A DNA stretch of 32,000 bases from Candidatus Saccharimonadota bacterium (GCA_022843095.1 JALHOH010000002.1:120001-152000), one strand, 5' to 3'. Positions 1 through 8,217 are shown, counted from the first letter of the stretch. Numbers and translations: made by a program. The notes: generated from the sequence alone by a model not told the origin.

Positions 1-1
1 T

Positions 2-1021
2 CATCGCGCGTTGTTTAAGGCGGATGATGAGATGTTGTCGTACAAGCTCGTTCGCGCCTACTACCGGTCTTGGATGCAGCCAGAAACTTGGGGGGCGCAC
101 CATCGCGAAATGGCGTTGCAGATGGTAGGGATCCACGAAACGATCCTGCGCCAGCTCAAGCATCCCTACGCGCAAAAGTTCAGTACGGCTGTGAAACCCT
201 GGGCGACCTCATTGCGTGTGCTTGTAGAGGCGCTAGATGAAAAGCCGGAAGATGCACGTGTGCTGCTTGGCAAGCCAGAGTCGCTGCTTGCTGCGGTGAC
301 GCGCGTTTCGGAACGCAATTATCAAGAGGCGAAGCAAAAATTGAAGCGCGGGATGGTGCGCGCCATGATCTATTTGTTTATCACAAAGACGTTGTTTGCG
401 ATCGCGATCGAGATGCCATTCGAGCAGATTGTCTATAAGCACATCGACCGGTTCGCGTTGCTGGTAAATATTCTGTTTCCGCCGATTTTAATGTGGATCG
501 TGGCATCCCTCATCCGCGTTCCGGGAAAAGATAACACCGAACGGATTGCGCAGGGGGTAAACGAACTGCTGACGGCAGAAGGCCCTCTTGGACGCGAAAT
601 CAAAATCGTTCCAAAGCGTCGTGGATTGTCCGGATTCTTTTTCCAATTCATTTACGCCTTCACGTTCGCCTTATCCTTTGGTTTGGTCATTTGGGGGTTG
701 TGGGCGCTCAAGTTTACGGCCGTTTCCATGGGGATTTTTCTGTTCTTTTTGTGCGTTGTGAGTTTTTTTGCCTTCCGTTTGCGCGTTTCCGCTCGTGAAT
801 ATGTGATTGTGGAAAAAACAGCCTCCACCGGCGCCTTGATGGTCGATTTTTTCGCGCTTCCTATTCTACGCGCCGGACAATGGCTTTCGAACTCGATTTC
901 TCGCATCAACGTGTTTATTTTTATCTTCGATTTTATCATCGAAGCCCCACTCAAATTGTTCCTTAATATCCTGGAAGAATGGTTCGCGTTCATGAAGGAG
1001 CGCAAGGAAGAGCTGCAATAA
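2..1021 (+). CDS. Multi-pass membrane protein of unknown function, 5' end cut by window edge
   Basis: The frame is open from base 2; track ORF 11..1021 starts at an internal TTG. A soluble N-terminal part is followed by several long hydrophobic segments (GMVRAMIYLFITKTLFAIAIEM, FALLVNILFPPILMWIVASLI, FFFQFIYAFTFALSFGLVIWGLWAL, MGIFLFFLCVVSFFAF). No family recognised. Confidence 0.6.
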   Translation, partial: HRALFKADDEMLSYKLVRAYYRSWMQPETWGAHHREMALQMVGIHETILRQLKHPYAQKFSTAVKPWATSLRVLVEALDEKPEDARVLLGKPESLLAAVTRVSERNYQEAKQKLKRGMVRAMIYLFITKTLFAIAIEMPFEQIVYKHIDRFALLVNILFPPILMWIVASLIRVPGKDNTERIAQGVNELLTAEGPLGREIKIVPKRRGLSGFFFQFIYAFTFALSFGLVIWGLWALKFTAVSMGIFLFFLCVVSFFAFRLRVSAREYVIVEKTASTGALMVDFFALPILRAGQWLSNSISRINVFIFIFDFIIEAPLKLFLNILEEWFAFMKERKEELQ

Positions 1022-1030
1022 CCGCCGTTC

Positions 1031-1747
1031 GTGCGGTATGCTAAGGTCATGACCTGGCCTTCTCGCGCAACGTGGCTGCGTATCATCGTCGGCGTGTTGT
1101 GGATGACGCTGATTGTGTGGACGTACGAAATCTTGCGGCATCTAGGGGTGCCGATCCGACTGTTACCGCATTTTTTGCGCACAGAACTGCAGCACGCTGG
1201 ACTCTTTGCGCCGGGGATGCTGGTCGTCGCGTATGTGGCGGCGACCGTCATCCCGTTTCCGACCGCCGCGCTTGCGGTGATCGCTGGGACGGTATTTGGT
1301 CCGGTGTGGGGGAGCCTTGTCGCGCTCATCGGGCTGAATGTGGCTTCTGCGGTCAGTTTTTACATCGGGCGTTTTTTTGGTCGGCATTTCGTGAGTACGC
1401 ATGAACACGGGTGGATCAAACGGCTGGATGACCTTATGGCAGAGCAAGGAGCGCTCCTGGTCCTGCTGATGCGCCTGGTGTTTATGCCGTTTGATTACGT
1501 GAGTCTTGGATCAGGCATGACGCGCATTTCTTTTCGCCAGTACATGTTGGGAACGGTGCTGGGGTCGTTGCCGAACACGATCACGTTTGTTGTGCTGGGC
1601 GATGCATTCGCCGACCCGCGGACCTGGATCTTTTTTGTCATTCTCCTTGCCGTCACATTCGTCCTGGCTGGGGTCGCGTTTCATTCCCCCTGGGCAAAAT
1701 CCCATATTTTTCGTAAAACGAAGGAAAGTCCTTTTGAGCAAACCTGA
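1031..1747 (+). CDS. TVP38/TMEM64-type (DedA superfamily, SNARE-associated domain) membrane protein
   Basis: The core VIPFPTAALAVIAGTVFGPVWGSLVALIGLNVASAVSFYIGRFFGRHFV ... LLMRLVFMPFDYVSLGSGMTRISF is typical of the DedA/TVP38 family. The start could be GTG 1031 or ATG 1049. Confidence 0.75.
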   Translation: MRYAKVMTWPSRATWLRIIVGVLWMTLIVWTYEILRHLGVPIRLLPHFLRTELQHAGLFAPGMLVVAYVAATVIPFPTAALAVIAGTVFGPVWGSLVALIGLNVASAVSFYIGRFFGRHFVSTHEHGWIKRLDDLMAEQGALLVLLMRLVFMPFDYVSLGSGMTRISFRQYMLGTVLGSLPNTITFVVLGDAFADPRTWIFFVILLAVTFVLAGVAFHSPWAKSHIFRKTKESPFEQT

Positions 1748-1752
1748 TCTCC

Positions 1753-2874
1753 ATGTTTACCCTCCATTCCACTTCGTCCAAAAGCGCCGCCCGTCGTGGT
1801 GCGCTTGCGACTCCGCACGGCACCTTGCAGACGCCGTTTTTTATGCCGATCGCCACAAAAGGCGCGGTCAAAACCCTGTCGTCGTTTGATGTGGAACGGC
1901 TTGGATCACCCATTCTGCTTTCCAATACGTACCATCTTTGGTTGCGACCTGGGATGGAGGTCATGCAAGCCATGGGCGGATTGCATCGGTTGATGGAGTG
2001 GCAGGGGGCGATTTTGACCGATTCCGGCGGATTTCAGGTGTTTAGTCTGCAGGGATTGCGTAAGCTCAAGCCAGAAGGGGTGACGTTTCAGTCGCATATC
2101 GACGGCGCCAAGCTCGAACTGACCCCGGAGAAATGCATGGAGATTCAGCGCGTGATTGGGAGTGATATTTGCATGGTGCTGGATGTCTGTACGGAATTGC
2201 CGGCAACGCCAAAAAAGTTGGAAGAGGCGCTTGTTTTGACCAAGGCCTGGGCCAAGCGCAGTAAAGATCGGTTTTTGGAAACGCGCGAAGGATCGTTTAA
2301 TCCGGGCGCGCAGCTGTTTGGTATCGTGCAGGGCGGAACGGATCCGGAATTACGCCGTCGAAGCGCCCAGGATCTGACGGACATCGGATTTGATGGCTAC
2401 GCAATCGGGGGGCTTTCGGTCGGGGAGCCTCATGAAGAGGCGTGCAAGACGTTGGATGCGATGATGGATCGGTTGCCGACGGATCGTCCCCGGTACTTTA
2501 TGGGCGGCGCACAGCCGCATGAAATCGTGGCGTATGTTCAGCGTGGCGTGGATATGTTTGATTGCGTCCTCCCGACACGCAATGCGCGTCATGGGTTGAT
2601 CTATCGCTTTGTCCATGACGATCTTACGCGTCCGGATTTTTACGAGACGATCCATGTCACGAACGAAAAATGGAAAATGTCCGGAGAGCGCCTGATCACG
2701 GGCACGCACACGGCTGCGGATGACGAGCTCGCTCGGTACACCATGGGTTACCTGCGTCATCTTTTTTCTGTAGAGGAGATGCTGGGGATGCGTCTTGCAA
2801 CCATGATCAACATTCGATTTTACTTGGAGCTGATGGAGCGCGTGCGCCGAGGGGTAGAGGAGGGAAGCATGTAA
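1753..2874 (+). CDS. tgt: Queuine/preQ1 tRNA-ribosyltransferase (tRNA-guanine transglycosylase), Zn-site-less variant
   Basis: Hallmark Tgt motifs are present: LQTPFFMPIATKG, ILTDSGGFQVFS, LDVCTE, FGIVQGG, GYAIGGLSVGE, RPRYFMGG, VDMFDCVLPTRNARHG, YLRHL. The C-terminal CxCxxC...H zinc ligands are all substituted (see findings). Confidence 0.9.
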   Translation: MFTLHSTSSKSAARRGALATPHGTLQTPFFMPIATKGAVKTLSSFDVERLGSPILLSNTYHLWLRPGMEVMQAMGGLHRLMEWQGAILTDSGGFQVFSLQGLRKLKPEGVTFQSHIDGAKLELTPEKCMEIQRVIGSDICMVLDVCTELPATPKKLEEALVLTKAWAKRSKDRFLETREGSFNPGAQLFGIVQGGTDPELRRRSAQDLTDIGFDGYAIGGLSVGEPHEEACKTLDAMMDRLPTDRPRYFMGGAQPHEIVAYVQRGVDMFDCVLPTRNARHGLIYRFVHDDLTRPDFYETIHVTNEKWKMSGERLITGTHTAADDELARYTMGYLRHLFSVEEMLGMRLATMINIRFYLELMERVRRGVEEGSM

Positions 2875-2882
2875 GTGTAGGA

Positions 2883-2911
2883 TTGACACTGTGAAAGAGG
2901 TGTAGTACAGA
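2883..2911 (+). promoter_or_regulatory. Sigma70-like promoter: TTGACA - 17 nt - TACAGA
   Basis: TTGACA lies at 2883-2888 and TACAGA at 2906-2911, with a 17-nt spacer. A GGAGA Shine-Dalgarno at 2936-2940 sits 6 nt before ATG 2947. Confidence 0.45.
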
Positions 2912-2946
2912 GACCACGCACTGTTTTGGAAAGAAGGAGAGTTGAG

Positions 2947-3501
2947 ATGGAGATACTTTCGATGGGGACAACGGCTCTTCCTTGGGAGGATGTGCGCACC
3001 CAGCGCATTCGACGAGAGATCAAGTATTTTGAGGAGGTGTTTGGTGAATTGAATACCGGCGGCTCTCCACCCATGGCGGCACAGCGGTACCTTGTCTTGG
3101 TCATCGGACAGAATCTTTGCACCGAAGAGGTCGCAGATTTGGACAGATCGCCCATCCGTAAATTGCTTGCGCCACGCACGAAACGAGGGGAGAAGGTCAC
3201 GCACGCAACCATTCAGGAGGCGGTTGGTCTCCTAGCCGCGCTCCCGGAGGTCCCTGCGTCGCTCGAAGAAGCAGCACTTGTAGGACTCGCGAGCCGATTT
3301 TTTCCGCCACCGCATCGGCAGAAAACGGAGAATTTGAAAGAGATCGTTCCGTACCTGTGGTGCGGGAAGCGAAAGATTTTTGCGAGCGCTCAGCGCGCGC
3401 TTCTCAAGATCCCACCAAGGTTCACGAGGAAGGATCCGATTTTCCATTCTCAATGGGACGGCTATACCCGTTTTCTTCTGCGCGTAGTACGCGAGGAATG
3501 A
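2947..3501 (+). CDS. Hypothetical protein (184 aa)
   Basis: ATG 2947 is preceded by a GGAGA SD and by its own promoter. The ORF fills the tgt to DUF218 gap and is followed by the hairpin repeat at 3511-3566 in terminator orientation. No family recognised. Confidence 0.55.
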   Translation: MEILSMGTTALPWEDVRTQRIRREIKYFEEVFGELNTGGSPPMAAQRYLVLVIGQNLCTEEVADLDRSPIRKLLAPRTKRGEKVTHATIQEAVGLLAALPEVPASLEEAALVGLASRFFPPPHRQKTENLKEIVPYLWCGKRKIFASAQRALLKIPPRFTRKDPIFHSQWDGYTRFLLRVVREE

Positions 3502-3510
3502 GTTTCGATG

Positions 3511-3566
3511 GCCCACCAATGGTCGAGCATACGGCTCGGACTCGCGTTGGTGGGTGTTTTGATAAG
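3511..3566 (+). repeat. Hairpin repeat element, copy H1 (inverted relative to H2/H3), terminator-like
   Basis: CCCACCAA (3512-3519) pairs with TTGGTGGG (3547-3554), with an inner CGAGC/GCTCG stem, followed by TGTTTTGATAAG. The reverse complement matches the 7744-7800 and 15555-15612 elements over most of its length. Confidence 0.65.
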
Positions 3567-3594
3567 AAAACTCCCCCATGAGGAGGTGGAGGAG

Positions 3595-4320
3595 TTAGTA
3601 GTCCGGCGGGGCGATATCGCCGCGTGCGGAGTAGTGAAGGATGCGGGCGTATTCGCTGTAGAGGCGTGCGGCAAGTGCAGGATGGGTGTGCCATCGATCC
3701 GGGTGCAGCAACGCGTCCAGCGCAGCGTATCCGCCAACGTCTGCTGCCACTTGGGCAAGGACACTGGAGGTGTTGTAGACGAGATGACCAACCTGCAGGT
3801 GGGGCGCGAGCTTCTTTACGGTCAGCCGACACCGCGCCGTATGCGCGCGATGAGAGAGGATGATCACCGAGCGCGGGGTCATCCCTTGATCATGCACGTG
3901 CAGAAGTCCATTGCGGATTTCATCCCGCGTATTATCTCCCGTCTCTTCGACGAAGAGCGCATCTTCCGGCACGCCGAGCGTGCAGAGTGCACGCATCGCC
4001 TCCCGCGCATAGCTCGTGCCGTCCTGGTAGAACGTTTCGCCTGCGCGGCCGGTGCACAGAATGCGCTTCACTCGTCGTGCATGCCAGGCGTCGGCGGCGA
4101 TCGAAAAGTCGCGCGAGCGACAGCCGACCACAAGCAGCAGGTCCGCCTCGGAAAGCGTCGGATGCGCGAGAAGAAGCGCGCCAATCCGAGACAGTGCATC
4201 GGGGGAGAGATCCGCAGGCGGCGGAATCTCCCGGGGAAGTTCTCGCGTCGCAAGAAACTCCTGATAGGTGGGAGGAAGCGGCGCGGGTGCCGATTCCGCC
4301 GTTTGAGGGTCATCGTCCAA
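3595..4320 (-). CDS. DUF218 / YdcF-like (SanA-ElyC superfamily) protein
   Basis: 241-aa ORF. The pattern LLLVVGCRSRD ... ILCTGRAGE ... VEETGDNTRDEI ... VIILSHRAHTARC resembles the DUF218 core. A second DUF218-type gene lies at 23343-23966. Confidence 0.55.
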   Translation of the reverse strand: MDDDPQTAESAPAPLPPTYQEFLATRELPREIPPPADLSPDALSRIGALLLAHPTLSEADLLLVVGCRSRDFSIAADAWHARRVKRILCTGRAGETFYQDGTSYAREAMRALCTLGVPEDALFVEETGDNTRDEIRNGLLHVHDQGMTPRSVIILSHRAHTARCRLTVKKLAPHLQVGHLVYNTSSVLAQVAADVGGYAALDALLHPDRWHTHPALAARLYSEYARILHYSARGDIAPPDY

Positions 4321-4405
4321 AGGTGCCTCCGTGGGTCACATCGTCCTGGAACATGATGTCTCCGTCAAGATGACAGATGTGCGCATACCCGTCACAATCT
4401 CCGCC

Positions 4406-7375
4406 ATGGAATCTTTGCTTGAGAATCTGAACGCCGCACAGGCTGCGGCGGTGACCCATGAAACCGGGCCGCTTTTGATCGTTGCCGGTGCGGGGACGGG
4501 GAAGACCACGGTGTTGACCCGTCGGTATGCCCATTTGCTTACGCACGGCAAAACGCCGGACGGAAAGTCGCTCAAGCCGGAACATGTCCTGGCCGTGACG
4601 TTTACCGAAAAAGCCGCAGGGGAGTTGGAAGATCGTGTGCTGCAACTTTTGCCGACTGGCACCTACGACTTTTGGATTCACACGTTTCACGGGTTTTGCC
4701 AACGCGTTTTGGAGGCGCATGCGCTGGAGATCGGGTTGCCGAATGAATTTAAGCTGGTGACACCGACGGATGCGTGGCTTTTGTTGCGTCGTCATACGCA
4801 CGAACTTCCGTTGAACCACTATCGCCCGCTTGGGAATCCGAATAAGTTTTTGCGTGGGCTTCTTTCGCATATTTCCAAAGCGAAGGACGAAGGGGTGACG
4901 CCCGAGCAGTATCTCGCGTTTGTGCAGAATGCTGTCCTGGACGGGGATGCCGAAGCGGCGGCCGGGGAGAAGGCGCGTCTGCAGGAAATTGCGGATCTGT
5001 ATTTTTTCTATCGTAAATTGCTGTTGGAAGAATCGGCCTTGGATTTTGGGGATCTGATTTTGGAGACGCTCCGCCTGTTTCGTGAACGCCCTGCTATTTT
5101 GGCGCAGTATCGCAAGCAATTCCGGTATGTGTTGGTGGACGAGTTTCAGGACACTAACTGGGCGCAATATGAGCTGATCAAACTCTTGGCGGGGACGGAG
5201 CGGAATCTTACGGTCGTCGGTGATGATGACCAGGCGATCTACAAGTTTCGTGGGGCGTCGCTTGCCAACATTTTGCAGTTCCGTGATGACTTTCCGGATG
5301 CGCGGACCGTGGCGCTGACGCAAAACTATCGGTCGTTTCGCGAGATTTTGGATGTGGCGTACGGCTTCATTAAAAAGAACGACCCGAATCGGTTGGAAGT
5401 GCGTCTTGCGGATACAGGGCTTTCCAAACAATTAGAGGCGATGCGGGGAGAGGGGGCGCGGATCCAGGTGAAGTGGCAAAAGACGGTGGATGATGAGGCG
5501 GATGCCGTGGCAGAAGAGATCAAACGCAAAAAGCAGGAAGAACCGGAAACACGGTGGGATGCGTTTGCGGTGTTGGTGCGTTCAAACGATAGCGCTGAGC
5601 CGTTTGTCCGAGCGTTTGAACGGCATGGGATCCCGTTTCAGTTCATGGCGTTGCGTGGGTTGTATGCAAAGCCCATCGTGTTGGATTTGATTGCGATGCT
5701 CTCCCTCGCCGATGGGTATCATGAAAGCAGTGCTGTGTGGCGTGTGCTTGCGATGCCCTGTTACGCCATGGGGGCAAAGGATATGGCAGAGCTTGTGCAT
5801 CATGCGAATCGCAAAGGCATTCCGTTGTGGTCGGCGGTCAAGAATGCGTCGTATCGGTTGCCGGAAACGCAGGTGTCCGAAGCAGGAATGAAGATCGCGG
5901 CAAAAATCGTGCAGGATGCGGATGGATTGGGGGAGGCGGCGCGACGCGAGCCACCGATGCGCGTGCTTCAACTCGCGTTGGATAAGTCGTTGTACTTAAA
6001 AACCGTGTTGAGTTGGGGAGAATCCGAAAAACGAGAGGCGATCCAGCATTTAAACGGGCTGGCAGATCGGATCAAGCGCTACGAACGTTCCACGCACGGG
6101 CCAACGCTGCGCGGATTCTTGGAGGAATTCCGTTTGGAGGTGGATTCCGGGGAGGAAGGGGCGTTGGATGCGGATCCGGAAGCCGGGCCGGAATTAGTGA
6201 AGATCCTGACCGTCCATGCGGCAAAAGGGTTGGAGTGGAAACATGTGTACTTGGTTTCGCTTGTGGAACAGCGGTTTCCGTCCCGGGCACGACCGGACGC
6301 CATTCCTTTGCCGGCGGGGTTGATTCAAGAGCGATTGCCTGAAGGTGATTTGCACCTGGAAGAAGAGCGCCGGTTGTTTTACGTGGCACTTACGCGGGCG
6401 CGCGATACGTTGACGCTCACGGGAGCTGTGAACTACGGCGGGACGCGTGACAAAAAGCCGTCGCCGTTTTTGGCAGAGGCGGGATTTGAGGTGCAGGTCG
6501 AAGCCGTACGGGGAGAGGATGCGCGTGGGCTTGAGCTTGCGCCACAGGTGGAAGAGGCGGATCCATTGCGACCGCATTTCGAGCTCAAACGACGGTTTAG
6601 CTTTACCCAGCTTGCCGCGTTTCGAAAATGTCCGTTGCAGTATAAATTTGCGCACCTGTATCGCATCCCGATTTTGGGGTCGTATCAAAAAAGTTTCGGG
6701 CAATCCGTCCACTTGGCGTTTCAGCGGATTTTGGAGATGCACAAATTGCGGACAAGCGCCGTGCAAGCTTCCTTGTTTGGAGGAGGGGCCGTCGAGGGAG
6801 GCTATCGGTCGCCCGGCGGGTTTACGGTGTCCGAAGAAGAGGCGGTGGAGTTGTTTGAAGACGCCTGGATTGATGAATGGTACCCAGATCGCCGGACGCA
6901 TGATGAATACTGGGCCAAGGGCAAGGCGGCGCTCAAGACATTTTGGCGCGCCTGCGCGGAACGGGCCCCAGACGTCGTCGAAATCGAAAAGGATTTTACG
7001 TTGTTGCTTGGCCAGCATTCCATCAAGGGAAAGATCGACCGCGTGGATCGCGTCCCAGACGGGTCGGTCGAAGTGTTGGACTATAAAACCGGCACCGCCA
7101 AAGAAGAATTGGGAACGGAAGATAAAGAGCAGCTTTGGTTGTACCAGATTGCCCTGGAAGAGCGGGGAGTCACTGTGTCTCGATTGGCGTACTGGTACGT
7201 GATCGACGGGGAGTTTCGGGAGGTGGAGCCGCTGAAAGAAAAGAAGCGCGCGGAATTCTTGGAGAAGCTGACCGAACGCATGGACGGGATTTTGCGGAGC
7301 GAGTTCCAGCCCACACCAGAGCCGTTTACCTGTAAGTTCTGCGACTTCAAAAACATCTGCGAGTTCCGAAAGTAA
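4406..7375 (+). CDS. UvrD/PcrA-family ATP-dependent DNA helicase fused to a C-terminal Cas4/AddB-like 4-Cys PD-(D/E)XK nuclease
   Basis: Helicase motifs: LNAAQAAAV, AGAGTGKTT (Walker A), VLVDEFQDTN, VVGDDDQAIYKFRGA, QNYRS, TVHAAKGLEWKHVYL, RRLFYVALTRA. Nuclease: FRKCPLQYKF ... GKIDRVDRV ... VEVLDYKTG ... FTCKFCDFKNIC. The start was chosen at ATG 4406 (MESLLENLNAAQ); GTG 4331 and ATG 4370 are alternatives. Confidence 0.9.
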   Translation: MESLLENLNAAQAAAVTHETGPLLIVAGAGTGKTTVLTRRYAHLLTHGKTPDGKSLKPEHVLAVTFTEKAAGELEDRVLQLLPTGTYDFWIHTFHGFCQRVLEAHALEIGLPNEFKLVTPTDAWLLLRRHTHELPLNHYRPLGNPNKFLRGLLSHISKAKDEGVTPEQYLAFVQNAVLDGDAEAAAGEKARLQEIADLYFFYRKLLLEESALDFGDLILETLRLFRERPAILAQYRKQFRYVLVDEFQDTNWAQYELIKLLAGTERNLTVVGDDDQAIYKFRGASLANILQFRDDFPDARTVALTQNYRSFREILDVAYGFIKKNDPNRLEVRLADTGLSKQLEAMRGEGARIQVKWQKTVDDEADAVAEEIKRKKQEEPETRWDAFAVLVRSNDSAEPFVRAFERHGIPFQFMALRGLYAKPIVLDLIAMLSLADGYHESSAVWRVLAMPCYAMGAKDMAELVHHANRKGIPLWSAVKNASYRLPETQVSEAGMKIAAKIVQDADGLGEAARREPPMRVLQLALDKSLYLKTVLSWGESEKREAIQHLNGLADRIKRYERSTHGPTLRGFLEEFRLEVDSGEEGALDADPEAGPELVKILTVHAAKGLEWKHVYLVSLVEQRFPSRARPDAIPLPAGLIQERLPEGDLHLEEERRLFYVALTRARDTLTLTGAVNYGGTRDKKPSPFLAEAGFEVQVEAVRGEDARGLELAPQVEEADPLRPHFELKRRFSFTQLAAFRKCPLQYKFAHLYRIPILGSYQKSFGQSVHLAFQRILEMHKLRTSAVQASLFGGGAVEGGYRSPGGFTVSEEEAVELFEDAWIDEWYPDRRTHDEYWAKGKAALKTFWRACAERAPDVVEIEKDFTLLLGQHSIKGKIDRVDRVPDGSVEVLDYKTGTAKEELGTEDKEQLWLYQIALEERGVTVSRLAYWYVIDGEFREVEPLKEKKRAEFLEKLTERMDGILRSEFQPTPEPFTCKFCDFKNICEFRK

Positions 7376-7387
7376 CGATCCTACATC

Positions 7388-7402
7388 ATTTTGCGACGCA
7401 AG
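7388..7402 (+). promoter_or_regulatory. Palindrome-containing motif ATTTTGCGACGCAAG (candidate operator), copy 1
   Basis: Exact 15-mer, also present on the minus strand at 28051-28065 and 28410-28424. The core TTGCGACGCAA is a 5-1-5 palindrome. It lies 45 nt upstream of ATG 7447. Confidence 0.45.
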
Positions 7403-7446
7403 CCGATGTTTAGACAGTCCAAGGTGCAACACGTACACTCACGCGT

Positions 7447-7737
7447 ATGTTTCAGCCCATCCGACGCATTTTGCCACAGGCCGTGCAATCCCACGGTCTT
7501 GGGGAGCAGATTACGACCACGCGGGTGCTGCAGGTGGCGCAGGAGGTGTGTCGGCGATTGTTTGGGGAGGAGAAGGCGGTGTTTTTTGAGCCGCTCTCGT
7601 TTGCGGCGGGGCAGCTAAAAATTAAAGCGCGGGGAGGCGCCGCGGCGCAGGAGTTGGTCACACGCGAAATCGCCTTCGTCAACGAGGTCAATCGCACGCT
7701 CGGCGAGCGCAAAGTGATCAAGATGCTGGTGGTATAG
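7447..7737 (+). CDS. DUF721 domain protein (DciA-like small protein)
   Basis: 96 aa. The pattern ILPQAV..HGLGEQI...VLQVAQEV..RLFGEE......PLSFAAGQLKIKARGGAAAQEL..RE..FVNEVN..LGE.KV matches the usual DUF721 layout. Confidence 0.6.
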   Translation: MFQPIRRILPQAVQSHGLGEQITTTRVLQVAQEVCRRLFGEEKAVFFEPLSFAAGQLKIKARGGAAAQELVTREIAFVNEVNRTLGERKVIKMLVV

Positions 7738-7743
7738 AAACTG

Positions 7744-7800
7744 GAAATCAAACACCCACCAACGCGAGTCCGAGCCGTGTGCTCGGGGCGTGGTGGGGTT
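7744..7800 (-). repeat. Hairpin repeat element, copy H2; intrinsic-terminator-like for the small ORF at 7810-8088
   Basis: GAAATCAAACACCCACCAACGCGAGTCCGAGCCGTGTGCTCGGGGCGTGGTGGGGTT. Outer stem CCCACCA/TGGTGGG plus CGC/GCG; inner stem CCGAGC/GCTCGG. On the minus strand it is followed by GUGUUUGAUUUCC. By eye it differs from H3 by one substitution and one 1-nt indel. Confidence 0.7.
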
Positions 7801-7809
7801 GCATTCGCG

Positions 7810-8088
7810 CTAGCGAGTGGAAGGGTATGCGACAAATGTTCGGTTGTCGCTGGACTTGATGAGAGGGTATCGCCTCCCATCCGGGGCTTGTTCGAACCCT
7901 GCGAGGTACTCGCCTTTGGCCAGAGAAAGTGCTCCAGCGTCGTTGCAAGCGTCCTCGATCATTCGATGCGTCAGATACCCAGAAGCATCGCGGTGCGCTT
8001 GACGCTTATCTTCTCGCAATTCTGCCAAGGCTCGTGCGTACTCTTCGCTGTTTTCAGGGGACAAAAGAGATTGCTCTTGTTTCGTCAT
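7810..8088 (-). CDS. Small protein, paralog A of a three-member family (92 aa, unknown function)
   Basis: ATG 8088 is preceded by GGAGGAGGG. The block SGYLTHRMIEDACNDAGALSLAKGEYLAGFEQAPDGRRYPLIKSSDNRTFVAY aligns with AGYLVHQAREDSLFATGAINPGDEISGYEQKPDGGSYPIISTQDGATYVLY of 15627-15863 and with DLIDAGEIDTSKGEYLARFDLSGDRLVFEIF of 13667-13900. Confidence 0.7.
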   Translation of the reverse strand: MTKQEQSLLSPENSEEYARALAELREDKRQAHRDASGYLTHRMIEDACNDAGALSLAKGEYLAGFEQAPDGRRYPLIKSSDNRTFVAYPSTR

Positions 8089-8118
8089 TGATCCCTCCTC
8101 CAAAAATGTACAATCGTA

Positions 8119-8147
8119 AATCTAGCGTATTTTGGGGATTTTGTCAA
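8119..8147 (-). promoter_or_regulatory. Consensus promoter TTGACA - 17 nt - TAGATT (cassette copy A)
   Basis: Minus strand reads ccccTTGACAaaatccccaaaatacgcTAGATTtacgattgtacatttttGGAGGAGGG. About 60 bp is shared with 13901-13962 and 15864-15918. Confidence 0.7.
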
Positions 8148-8217
8148 GGGGTGAGGGGCGAAGGAACGCGTTTCGTTTTCTGCGTAGAATCTTCGCGTGT
8201 GATACACTTCCTCATAG

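Noticed and set aside
3508-4356. 282-aa plus-strand ORF starting inside hairpin repeat H1 and running antisense to the DUF218 gene. The similar ORFs 7748-7948 and 7452-7880 also start in repeat copies.
   Set aside because: The N-terminal sequence (..SSIRLGLALVGV..) merely translates the hairpin repeat. The remainder is antisense to a better-supported gene.
4310-7438. Long minus-strand ORFs (4310-5431 of 373 aa; 6194-7438 of 414 aa) overlapping the helicase gene.
   Set aside because: They lie antisense to a gene with unambiguous helicase and nuclease motifs. Their translations are Arg/Gln/Pro-rich with no recognisable motifs.
7881-7900. GTTCGAA-containing sequences (7881 and 26236) checked as possible tRNA T-arms.
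   Set aside because: The flanking bases do not form a T-stem, and no acceptor, D or anticodon arms could be drawn. One site lies inside a coding region. No tRNA genes are called in this window.
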